DNA of 63,186 bases, the filler included, from Hyphochytrium catenoides (taxonomy: Eukaryota > Protista > Hyphochytriomycota): NCBI GenBank assembly GCA_900088475.1. It is 9 parts of 9 records of this genome, joined end to end, with 100 filler letters (N's around TTAATTAATTAA, not from the genome) between each part and the next. Parts side by side here need not be neighbours in the genome. Positions count along the whole stretch, not along the records: positions 21,698 to 53,074 come from FLMG01000375.1; 8 more parts are not named here. One strand, 5' to 3'. Below, piece after piece: positions 37,540-49,500 of the stretch. How positions within the stretch are numbered: the first letter of the stretch is position 1; every line of letters starts with the position of its first letter. The translations under genes and the position numbers were made by a program. The notes under the pieces were generated by a model. The model saw only the letters and a program-made list of their open reading frames with translations. It made no database searches and was not told the origin of the DNA.

Positions 37540-40500
37540 ATGGATCTGAAATTACGGAACAGGAGGAAGGAGACGGAAGAAGAGGAGGGAAGGCCTCCGT
37601 GTCCCTTTCTTTCCTTACAGCGGCCAGGGTCGCATATATCGGTCCAAAGCGCGTTGATTGCCGTGCTGGGAATCCCTCTTCTTGGGGCCCTTATCTTCTG
37701 GATTATCCATGGCGTTAGACCAAGGTAAAAGATACTTTCGCCATTCACCCTCTGGAATTTGATGGTGGCTTAAGCATGATTTAGACTGGACACTTGGTCG
37801 GTACAGGTAGAAGGTTGGCTGCCGTAATAGGCATGCTTCACTGGAAGGCTGCTTCGTGTCTAATTTGCCGCCTTAATCGTTGCCACTTTGACTATCATGA
37901 TTCACTAAATAGCCTCGTTTACCGGCCTCATTTATGTCGGCGTTGTCTTCCTATTGCCTTCAGCTTCCTAGGTGGAGGATTAGCAAGCACCAAGGGAACA
38001 GAACGATGTGGCGTTCCCGTCCTCTCGTCTTTATCTGCAGAGGACTTCTACAGACATTATAGGGGACGGAATCCCTTTCTTCTTCTCAACGTGACGTCAA
38101 GTTGGACAAAGGAAGAGAGGGAATCGTTTGAGATAGAGAGTTTGCAGCGTTATTATGGGCATCTGAGGGTTAAGACTGGTTTCAGTGAGGAGTTTCCTTT
38201 GGGTGCTGGCGACGCTGAGGGTCTAAGATTCGGAAACAAGCAACCGGACAGTGGAGATGAAGCCGCTCTTTCTTACTTCACCCTTCAAGAATATCTCCGT
38301 TATCTAGGTCGGTCTTCGGACTACTCATCGAATTCTGTCCATGTCTGTCTCCCTGCCGCTCCCTCTGGGCCAACCCCACCCTTCCCTTGCTTACTTTGTG
38401 ACCCTCTCGCATTAATTGGCCCTCTTTCTTGTCTACATCTGTGTTCGCTTTATCCTGATCGCCAACGGTTCTCCAGGCTTGTCAGAAACAGCTCCTTTGT
38501 CTTATCGGAGGTATTTGAGCCTCACGAGTTCCCTTGTCGGACGAAGAGTTTAAGAGTTGGATCTCTTAAGTCTTACACACCTAGAGACTGATTCAGTCCT
38601 GCTCCTCGATCACAGACAATTCGTCGCTTCTGTCATTATCGCCCGGAAACCAGCTTTACCTCTTTGACTCCGGCTCGATGATGGCCCAAGCCCCGCGTCT
38701 GAGGCGTTCTATTCACCTTCCCGCAGCTTTGAAAGCTCTAGATGAAGACGGGGATATGAAGCTGTTCTTCGCGGTGGGGGCAGAAGGGTCTGGGGTTCAT
38801 TTCCATCGACACAGAGAAGGTAAGGCGCAGTATCATGGTCACTTTGCCACGACAGGTGTCTATCTGGAAAGATGGGATGACCCTCCCTTTAGTCTGTTCC
38901 GTAACTCTCTCAGAAAGAGGAGGAGTAAAGCATGCTAGGGCTTTAGCCATGCCTAATCCAGCCCCTCCGCTTATCTCTACACCTACCTTAGCCTACAACC
39001 TAGTAATACATGGCCAAAAGCGGTGGTTTCTCTATCCTCCGCACAGTCTTCCGCCCTTTGACTTCATGAGTGAGGTGGCGCTGAGTAGCTGGCTTGAGCA
39101 GCGGCTACCTTTGGTTGAGGAAGGCCGAGTGGCAGAAACAGAAGGTGGCAAGGCGCAAAGAGGAGCAAGGAAGCATGACAGTACAGAAGCGCATCCTATC
39201 CAATGTGTGCAGCGGGAGGGAGAGCTTCTCTATGTACCAGACTGTAAGTGCATGTCTCATGGATTCTCCAAGCAACCAGTCTGCTCCAATGTAGCGCAGT
39301 TATATTCCTTCTATGTTTGCTCTCACCGTCACATGCTTGAGAAATCACTGAAAGGCGGTAGCTTTTCCTCCTTACATCTCTGCTCCTCTTCCGTTCTTTT
39401 GCTCCGTCTTCACAATCTCCCCAACGTTGCGAGAGTGCTTCGGAAGCCAACAGCTATTCTTCGCCCTAAACCGACTTAACACCCTCTTCATGTTACTACA
39501 TTCTTTATTTTATCCTCGACTTTCTAGCCTGGTACCACGCAGTACTCAACGAAAGAGAGACAGTGGCAGTCTCTGGCCAGCGTCATGTCTCCTTTTCTCC
39601 CCTCAGCAAGGAATGGGATGAGGTTTCCTCACAGTTCAAAAATAGAGGCGAGTGGACTCCGGAGACGAGAGTTTCGGTCAGTTCAGCTTTGATTATGCCT
39701 ACATTCTACCATTTTCGTTAGAGAGCTGTTTCCCACCTGAGCCCATAGTGCTGTCCTGCCTTCTTCTTGCCCTTGTCTGCGAACATTATGGCATGGTCTT
39801 TTCAGGAGATAGACTGTTCCTCGCTCCCCTACCTTCACCTTCACCAAGAAGGGCTATTTTGGGAGGATGAAGACCCCTTGATCTTTCGGTCTCTTTCTTC
39901 TAAATTTTCGTCGTCATCGACTCTCACGCGGGCGACTCATGTCCCTGCGTTTACCAGTCCTTGGAGCGCTTCCTGCGGCATGAGCCTCAGTGGGAGCAAG
40001 CGCTATTATGGCGGGCTGAAACTTACCTCGAGCTCGGTAACTTCCAGAGATGCATCAAGGTTCCTACTTCTTTCTGACACCAGCAAGATTCCCAAATATC
40101 TTCGTTCCCTGTCGACTTCACGTCTCTGTTTCGTCCTGCCTTTCTGAGATTGAGCTAGGGACCTCCTTGTGAAAACTCACTAAGCCTTCGTGGTCACTTG
40201 ATCGTTGGTTACTAATCGGTCTAGCAGTGTGTCCACTTATCCATGCTTATCTCTTCCCTATCCATCATTTACTCTTCACATCCAGGCGACAGAGCAGCTT
40301 CTAGCACGCAACTCTTTAATAAGTGCTGCCTGGGCGCTTAGAGGTTGGTGCTTACTGGAGGAGGACGAGGTAATGGGCCGAGCAGGTAGAAGCACGCAAG
40401 CAATAGAAGGTGCTGCGGAGAGCTTCAAGAAAGCACTGGACTTACATAGCAAGAGCGAGGACGCCGTCTTAGGTCTCGTTGAGCTGGAAGAGAGATACGG

Positions 40501-40636
40501 AGAGAGAAGGAGCAGCACTGAAGCCGCGGATAGATGGAAGAAGCTGCTGTCTCTGATACAACTTGAGAAGAGGAATCATTGGGCTGAGTTGGCTGCCCTT
40601 CGGAAGAAGATCTTAGCGTCTGTTAGAGGAGAATAG
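37540..40636 (+). CDS. JMJD8-like JmjC/cupin protein with N-terminal TM anchor and C-terminal TPR-like helices (paralog A)
   Basis: TM segment SALIAVLGIPLLGALIFWII; LSAEDFYRHYRGRNPFLL; GAEGSGVHFHRHREAYNLVIHGQKRWFLYPP; CVQREGELLYVPDSWYHAVLN; TPR-like ALLWRAETYLELGNFQRCIK and AAESFKKALDLHSKSEDAVLGL. Confidence 0.85.
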
Positions 40637-41016
40637 CGGGCTCTTTGCTGTTCGAGGCTTGCCGGCGTCGGCTGGCGATCTGCTCCATACACTCCACTTG
40701 GACTGTGCTAGCAAGGGTGATTCAGTAGAAAGGATCTCCCAGCAAACCGTGTGGCATGCGCACTTGCTTCTCTTCTGTTCCTTACGTGGAGCTGCGTGTT
40801 ACCTCTCAACAGCGGGACATCATAGACACCTGGGCTTGTGCTTTCTGTCGGTTTCCACTGGGTCTAGAAGAGCGAGATCCGAGCCTCTTCCTTACTGTCG
40901 TGAGACAATGTTGGTGACTAACTATTTGTACATATTTATTTACCAGGAGGTCTCATTTAGCCTTTGCCATCATGACGCGAAGCCTTTCTGAGTATTACTC
41001 TCTCTCTCTTCCTCTC

Positions 41017-44000
41017 CTAGCGCTTTGCTTCTTGAACCGCATCAGTGCTGGTTCCTTCGGCGGTGGGCTCCAGTGCAGCAGCTGCTGCTTTCTGTTGTTG
41101 CTCCCATTCCTCTATCCTTCTCCTCTCTACCTCCTCTCTTGGGTTGATCTCAGCGAAGCCAGGGGGTCGCTTCATCACGAGTCTCTCATATATCTCGTCT
41201 TGAATCTCCCTCAAGTCTTGGAGGTGACTATCCGCCTTGCGCCACTGCTCCCAGCTCTTTTCTCTCTCCCTCTCTGCGCCCTCATGGTCTCCTCTCCTCT
41301 CCAAGAGGGTAGCAAGAGAGTTCAGGGCGAAAGAATCGCTAGTGTCCAGTGTACGAGCGAAGGAAAGGGCTTCTATCCCGTGATCGATGTGACCCAAGTC
41401 TCCTAGACAATGGCCAAAGGATGCCCAGTTGCTAGCGATCCAGCGGTCGGCTTCCAGGGCGGCGGACGCCACCTACATCCAAAAAGAAACCAATGAGGAC
41501 AGAGAGGGGTCACTAAGAAGTCTATTGCTAAAACGAGATGCGGCGCGCTAGCTAGCACCTCCACTGCGAGGAGCAAGGTTCAAGCGATAGCTTCGACTAG
41601 AAGGGTGCAGACAGTGGCAAGTGGATTTCATGACCTAGCGCTTGGGACGGAAGGAGAATCTACTGAGACCGAAGGACATGGAGCTGCCCTAGATTGGGAA
41701 ACAGGTAAGAAGAAAAGGTAGCTATAGCTGTCTGCTGCTTACCCTCATGCATTCGTCTGTCTCTCCAGCCAGCCTTAGAACTCTGATGAGCTCCGTCTTA
41801 CAGGTGAGACAGTGATGGGTCATGGAATCCAGCTTGTAAAGCTCCCACGCGGCTTCTCGATACGCTTGTCTTTTCCTCTCTTCGTACTCAACTTCACTCT
41901 CCCCTTCTCTTTCTTTGTTGCCCTCTTCCTCAATCGCAGACGCCCGTGCCAAAGCCTGTCCATAGGCGGTCTGGGGATGGTGGATCTGCGAAGCGATGGC
42001 TGTCGTATCTTCTAAGTTCAAGACAGCGTGATACCAGCCTGTAAGGAGTAACGAAGAGATGTGATCAGAATGGGAACACAGAGGTATGGCAGTCACATCA
42101 GAGACAAGGCAACAGGGAAGGGTCTAGGGCATCAGAGCTTGAACGGGGTAATTCCAAGCCACAAAGAAGTATGATGAAGAGGGGAGAAAGGAGGAGACAA
42201 TCATTAAAGGCAAGGGACTTGGTAAGACTAAAAAAATCACGACTCAGGATCCTTACTCTCTGGAACGTAGAAGAGCTCTCCCTCCTCCTGGACGCACTGC
42301 ATGGGCCTTCTCTCCAGCGGAAGGAGAGGGAGAAGGTGATCAATCCAGTACGTGAGAGGAAGGTGAGAGGTGAAGTCGAAGGGAGGCCACTCGCCCGCCG
42401 GGTAGAGTAGCCAGCGCTTTCTTCCCTTGATAATGACGTTCATCGCTGCAACCAGGAATAGGAAGAACCGAACAAGAAGGTGACCAACGTAAGACTAGAA
42501 ACGTAAGGGCGGCCTGTCTACTTGAAAGGGAGAACAGAGAGGAAAAAATGAACTCGGAGGAAAGAGAGCTCTTCAATAACAGAGAGGCAGAAAGAAGGAT
42601 AGAGAAGCGCCAAGAAGACGATGCAACCACCAGTACAGCCTCTTAAGCCACTTTTCCCTATGAAGGGCTCCTGCTTCCCTCCCTAGTCATCGTGGCACCT
42701 CGCTCTCCTCATCATTCTCTCTTGCTACCCTCCATTGTCATCGCTCACCGTCATTGTGCTTGTGGAACTGGACGCCCGTAAGCCCGGCTCCTACTCCGAG
42801 GAAGGAATAGATCCGCTGCACGTCGAAGTGGTGCAGAGCAGGAGGAGGTATAATCTCAGCGCGAAGGTCCTAATAAGGCCCAAAGCAAGGGAGGAGGAGC
42901 AGGCGAGGGATAAGACTTTAGCGCCGTGAGAGGACAAGAAAACATGGTTCCCCAGCATCTTTTGAAGGAAGGCTAGCTTCAGACAGACGCCCAGCTCTGT
43001 TCATTAATGCTCTTTCTTTGCTCTGTTCCTTTCTCTTTTGCCTTTGTGTCGTCATCACTTACCGTGGCGTAGTTAAAGAAGTCTCCTCTTTCGAAGAGAT
43101 ACATAGGTTCCTCCGTCTTCCGTCTCAACTGCCAGACCGAAGAGCAGGGTGTGATAAGGAGACGTTAGACATCAATAGCGCCAACTGAACAACTAGAAAA
43201 GGGAGAGACATAGGTCTCGGGGTAGAGCAGCAGCAAAAAGCATCTTTGCGAAAGCAGACACCATCAAGACGGCGGTCACTGTCGTGCATGGAGACATCAG
43301 ATCGACCTACTGACTCCTCTCTGTCCGAGAGGGACTAGGAAGAATGACCATGGAAAACAGAAATGCTCAGAGAAGCAGAGAAGCCGCGGAAGATACTGAG
43401 AGGGAGATGAGAACCGAGAGAGGGTGAGCGAAGACCGAGAGACGATGGTGGCGGAGGACAGCGAAGAAAACGAAGGTGCAATAATAGAGAAAGAATGATG
43501 CTGGATCCGACTCACCTCCTCGTCCTTCATATAATTGAAATAGTCCCGCACGGTCAGCTTCTCATAGCCCACGCCGCCAGCCAAAGGGAAGAAGGAGGAG
43601 AAGCTTGTCTTTATCAGGACATTGCCATACTTTTCCACCAACTCTTCCTCTTCAAAGGCACCTCTTCTCCAATCCTTGGTCGCGTTAGTGAGGATCAGCG
43701 GCTTATGGCCCTTGAACTCTCTCTCAAACTCTTCCACGGAGATCCAAGAGCGCCGCTCAACGTCGCACCAGGAAATGTCATAGTTGTCTCTTCTTTTCTG
43801 GGCGTGCTCTCCTCCTGCTCTCGCTCGGGAACTTTCAGTTCCCTCTTCTTCTTGCCCTCCTCTCTGCCACTTACTCTCTGCCCTCTCATGCCGCCGAAAC
43901 TCCTCCTTCGGTGGCGGCCGAGCGTAGTTCTGAGTCTTCTCCTCGGTGTCGTCGGTAGTGGCGAGAGAAGGACTCAAGGATGAGCGAGAGTTGAGCGTCT

Positions 44001-45148
44001 CATTGTCCGTCTCATCTTCTGTTATGTCCGTCAAACAAGAGAGAGAGGACGACGAGCTGTCTGAGGCATCGCAAATAGAGGGAAAAGCCTCGAAGAAGTC
44101 GCTCCGATTATCTTCTTCCAAGAGCCTCCTGGACTGGGTGACCGACGCGAGCGTGGACTCAACAGTTCTTAGCCTGTATAGTAGCAGAAGAGTCAGCGGC
44201 GTATGAGAAGCGGCGGGCAACAAAGCCATGGACACTGAAGAGAAACCCAGATTAAGAAGAGAGAGAGTATGAGAGAGAGAGGGAGAGCATAAGAGAGGGA
44301 GAGAGAGCATGAGAGAGGAAGAGAGAATGATAAGGAGGGAGGGACAAAAAGAAGAGAGAAGAGAGAACCCGCATGTGGACGCTTCAGGGGCGGCAAGGAT
44401 AGGAGTAGTTGGACGTTGTGTGGAAAGAGGGTCCATTCTGGAGCAGATTGAGTCCTGGACATAGCGTTTACCTGCCATAGAGCACCAGGGAAATAGTGGT
44501 GGTGAAGATGAGGGACGCAATCAGCCACTTCTTGCCCGTGTCGCCAGGCTTGACTGGCTGGTCTCTCTCCTCGAAGGCTTCCTGGCAACCTTTCTCTTCT
44601 CCTCGACTCTGCTGATCCTTTGCCCCTTTCTCTTCTTTCTTCAATTTCTTTTTCTCCTCGCCCTCCTTCTGTTGGTCCCGGATGGCCTTCCGTGGCGTCG
44701 CTCTCCCGTTGGCGCCACTCATGATGATGATTCCCTTCTCCTCCTCCGTCTTGTCCTCTAATGGACAAGGGGAGCCCTCTAATGGTGAAGTGGCAAGGTC
44801 CACCGACTGCTGCCGCCAAATGGGAATCTTATCTGGATAATAAGCTTCGGAAAAGGTGCCAACAACAGATGCGGAAGAGAGGCTTTCTCTTTCTTCCTTT
44901 GAATAACTCCTCCCCAAGCGCGAGGCTCTGCGTCCTCGTCTTTTCGCGTTGAAGAAGAGTGCGGCGGTAGTCAAATCTGTTAGTGGTGAGGAGAAGAGGA
45001 GGGGCAAGAATGCAGAGTGGCAAGATCCTTTCCTCCAGACGCTGCTTTGGTGGTCGTCTTCTGCAGCATGGACAGTGCTGCTTTCTCGTTGCCTTTCTCC
45101 TTCTGTCGTTCCCTCTTCTCTTGCTCTCTTGGCCCCAATCAGTAGCAT
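41017..45148 (-). CDS. JMJD8-like JmjC/cupin protein with TM anchor and C-terminal TPR-like helices (paralog B; start at ATG 45148 or 44722)
   Basis: TM segment WLIASLIFTTTISLVLYG; ISVEEFEREFKGHKPLILTNATKDW; GAGLTGVQFHKHNDAMNVIIKGRKRWLLYP; CVQEEGELFYVPESWYHAVLNL; TPR-like NWASFGHCLGDLGHIDHGIEALSFARTLD. Confidence 0.85.
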
Positions 45149-46525
45149 GCTTGCAATGCTCCTCCTCCCTTCACTTCCGCTAACTTTGGCTCCTCTCTCT
45201 TGCTGATGTCTCTCTCTTGCTGTGTCTCTCTTTCTGTGTCTTACTTTTTCTTTTCCTTTCTCTTTCCCTCCCTCTCTCCCCTCTGCTCCCTCACACGCCC
45301 CTCTCTCTCTCCCTCTCTCTCTCTNNNNNNNNNNNNNNNNNNNNNNNNNNNNNNNNNNNNNNNNCTCTCTCTCTTTCTCTCTCTCACATGCCTGTCAGTG
45401 GATAGCGTGGATTCTGATTCTGACAATTCGGCCGGTGAAGGATTGGATTTTACGATTAACCTAGAAGCCAAGATCTATGGGAGGGAGGAGTATCTACAGG
45501 TACAGGAAAGCTAAGAATCTTAGTCCTCCGTCCCCCCTGCGCCGCCGCTAGTGTTAAAGGGAAGACTGGCCTGGCTATGCAATTCTCTTACTACTGCAGC
45601 CTCCTCTACTGTCAACACCTAGTATTCTCTTTCCACAAGGGGCATATTACTACCTGAAAGGGGGCCAGACACAAGGTTCGGACCAAAAAGTTTCGGAAGA
45701 TTTTTGCTGCTGATGCAGCTGCTCTGCTCTCTCTCTCTCCTTTCCTTTGGATGCTGTCTCTCGGTCTTGAAGCTGCGCTCACTCTTTTCTCCTCTCTCTC
45801 TCTCTCTCTTCTTTCTCTCTTCCACTTGCCTCTCTTCGTTTCTAGTCCCTTATCGCGCTCTTCTTGACTGCTGCAGCCAGAGGACACTCAGCTAGTCATC
45901 ATAAGACGTTTCCATTAGTTCTCTCGGTCTTTGGCCATCGAAAGGCCGTCAATCTTCAACGATCCTTCTTGGCCTGTCTGCCTTCGGTTCGATAAAACGG
46001 AAGAAGAAGAGCGGCTCACTCTGAAGCAGGAAGTGATGCTACTGTTTGTCTACCGCTGAACCAAAAAGGAGGAAAGAAGCGCAATCTGATATAGCAAGGA
46101 GCGCGATTAACGTTAGAGAGAATAGCCTTATAGCGAGTGGTTGAGATTAAAGGAGTTTATAAGCAGCAGCTGCTGATAGTTCTATAGCCAACTCAGGAGT
46201 CTACTACTTAGCTCAGGAGCACATCGCGGTTGTCTAGCCTCAAATCTCCTCTAACGGACTCTTGTCACACAGGACCTCGAGTCCCTGTCAGCACTTACGA
46301 CTCTATGGCGTGTCAGCAGAGAAGTACTAGCTGGGCTTCTCTTGGAGGGGCGCTCCAGATGTGGGATTGTAGCTAAGCTGGAGGCTGATAGCTGGCGTCG
46401 GGAGAGTGCGGCGTAGAGATCAGCCATATAATCCTGGAAAGGTCCTTTCCTTCGATCTGCTTTAAGCGGGAGCGTAGATAGATCTCATTAACTTGGTGCC
46501 TTCTCCTTCTTCAGAGATAATGCAT

Positions 46526-49500
46526 TTAGATCATCGAACTCTGTTCTTCCTTTTCCTCTTCGTTGGCATCGTCATCTATCTTCCTCCTTGATTCCCCTAT
46601 GCCACCCATCGCGACAGATGCTGATGCGGGCGACCGCTGTCTTATCGGAGAGAGGTCTCTCCGAACCGAACTGATAGATGCCTCTCCCTCTTCCAGACTG
46701 GAATCGTCCCGTGCAAGCAGAACGTGCTTCTCAACCTCTTTAGTTGCCCGCTTCCTTTCTTTTTTATCCTATAGGAGGCGTCATGGACAAACAAAGAGGA
46801 GGACATTAGAGATGGCACCCTACATAGACCAACGAGCATCACGAGGTCGGCGCAGAGTCAACTCAAATGACAGCGAAGGCGGTGCAGATGGACACAACGG
46901 ACAAATGGTACGGCAACGAGGAAGGGTGGTTGTGATCTAGTCAACTCCCTGCAGGATGGGAGCCAAATCCAGCCCCTTTCCGTTGCAACGCAAAGTGGAG
47001 AAGGCAATAGCTTCAGGTAGTGGATGAGAAGGACAGACGCTGATTGATCAGACGGCAAACGGGCAACAATGAGAGAAGGAGAAAGAGAGCGTGACCGTGC
47101 ATAAAACTCGGAATACACTTGACCTGGGCCCCGACACCGAGTGGACTCTTCTTGAGCTTGGGATTGAGGAAAGTGTAAACCAAAAGTGCACTTCCTGTAC
47201 AGCAGACGACCAAGATGACCAGCACGGCCACCAATGGCACTCCCCCGGTCCGCGAGGAAGAGCTGGACGGAGAGGAGCCGTCTCCTCCCGCCAAGGGCGA
47301 AGAAGACAAAGCAACGGTGATGTGCAATGGCTGCGGAAAGAGTTAAGGAGGGAGGTCAATAGAAAAGAATGTCAGCTGCCCATAACATCGCCTTAGGGGT
47401 TTAACAATGCCATAACAGTGTCACCATAACCGGTCCAACAATATGAGGCAACCTAGTATGAAAGCCCATACTATGCAGTTGAAAAGAGAGGACAAAGGCG
47501 CTTCGACGGACAGGAAAGAGACGCAATAGAAAGACTGACTAAGAAGCAAGACGATCAGCCCTCCGCTGGCAACGTACCGCCGAATACCAGTCCAGTCTTC
47601 CCTGTACCACGTGCCCGTTGCTCTCCATCCGCCTAGACGCAAGAAGTTTAATCAAGAGACCAACACATTAATCGATAAAAGAATCAGGTTTCCTCCGGTT
47701 GATCAACATGAAACCAGTCAGGCTCAGACTCAACCAAGGAGATTTAGTCAGGAGTACGGGATGAGGAGCAAAGCCAGGCTAGCGATTCTGTGCTGGGCCA
47801 GTAACGAAGTACTGTTAAAGCAAAAAGTTGGAGGCGCCGTACGACTTACCATGCGGGATTAGTCCGCGCATTGGCCAAGTGGCTCTGCGGCCCGATATTG
47901 ATCAGATCCATGCGGGCAGGAGGCTTTCCCCATTCCTGCAGGTCAACATCATCTAAGATGATCTTATAGTGACGATGGAGGTCCAGCGAAGGACTGAGGG
48001 TTGCGAGGTCGGAGGACTAAGGTAGCAGCTGTTCAGATGTAAGTGCATCGTGGAACCTGATCGACTCTTGCCCTTGCATAAAGCACATAATCTCCAACTG
48101 GCAGAGAAGGGATCGCCTCCTTGAAAGTCCCAAAGAACGGTGATCTGCCTCGGTCGAGATCTTGTGAAGCCCATCTGCACGTGAAAATGTGGCGGTGAAG
48201 TGAGAGTAGGAAGCCAGGAGTGCAACATATCAAGTGTCAGCGGAAACGGCACCAAAGGCGAGAGGAGCAGACTAACAGGGTCATCGGCAGCTGGAATTTA
48301 TAGCAATGCTAAGACCAAGATGATCAAGACGTGTATTAAAGTGGTTCATGTCCAGGAGTTAGTTGTAAGCCACACCTTGACTCCCCAGACTGGTTCTTGG
48401 TACTGGCGAAGACCGGTTGAGAGCCCGGAAGAATGGTTGCTGTTAGGGACCGCAGAGCAGTAGGGAAAGCGGTAAGCAAATTGTGATAAAGCGCTGGCCA
48501 GATCTCACGCAAACTCTAGAATTCTTGTCGATACGGTGGTAATGACACAAAAAGAAAGCACCAAAGGTCGGCCCAATACTATGAAGATGCATGATATGTT
48601 AGCGCAACCTGAGTCTTCCAGCCCGCTAGGGACCTTGTAGACGAGCAAGTTCGTCTCATCTACCATTATGGAACCTCCAACTTCCCATTGGACCTCTAAT
48701 GGCGTACTCGGAGCAGCGGACGAGGAAAGAGAGAGAGTTGAAGAAGGAGAAGGTGTCTCCGATGGAGATGGAGCTGGAACACGACAGTATAGTCCGGTTT
48801 GGGGGCCTCCAGCAGAGGAGGAAGGAAGGCAAAGGGAAGAGTTGAAAGATGCCCACACCAAGTAAGGTTGAACGATGTCTATGGTAAATAGAGCAAGCCT
48901 GTGGAAGAAGCGAGAAGAGTCAAGGTTGGAGTCGGCTTAGGGTCTCGGGTCATTCCGTTATCCCTAGCTGGTGACCTGCCTTCTCGGTCTCCTCTGTAAG
49001 CAGTATTGGGCTGCTCCCAACTCTATCTATTCGACTCTAGGTACGGATCCTGTTCTCTGGTCCTCAAGCGTACCTGATGTTACGTGAAACATGTCCTATT
49101 CCCTTCCCAGATGGCGAGAATAACTGAGCACTGGACCCCAAGGTATTGGGATTGGGCTGTTTGGCATCGCTAGTCTCAACCTGGAGAGCTATCAGTACAA
49201 TCCCTATGACAGGAGCACGTAATATAGCTAGAGTAACGCGGTAATTGGCCCAGACTTTATCCAAGGTTGAGAGAGGGCAGAGAGCGAGCAGAAAGAGAAA
49301 ATACAATGAGACCGAGACAAGCCAATGGGAAACCCGGCACAAGCTGCAGGATATTGGGTTGGGGACATTAAGAAGCATGAGAGCAGGACAGGAAACAAGA
49401 AATTGGACGCCGTACTAAGCGTAGCACTTACCAAAATATTGACAGAGCGGAGGGTGCTGTTGTCATACCTGGTGAGACAAACATGTTAGACATCAGACTA

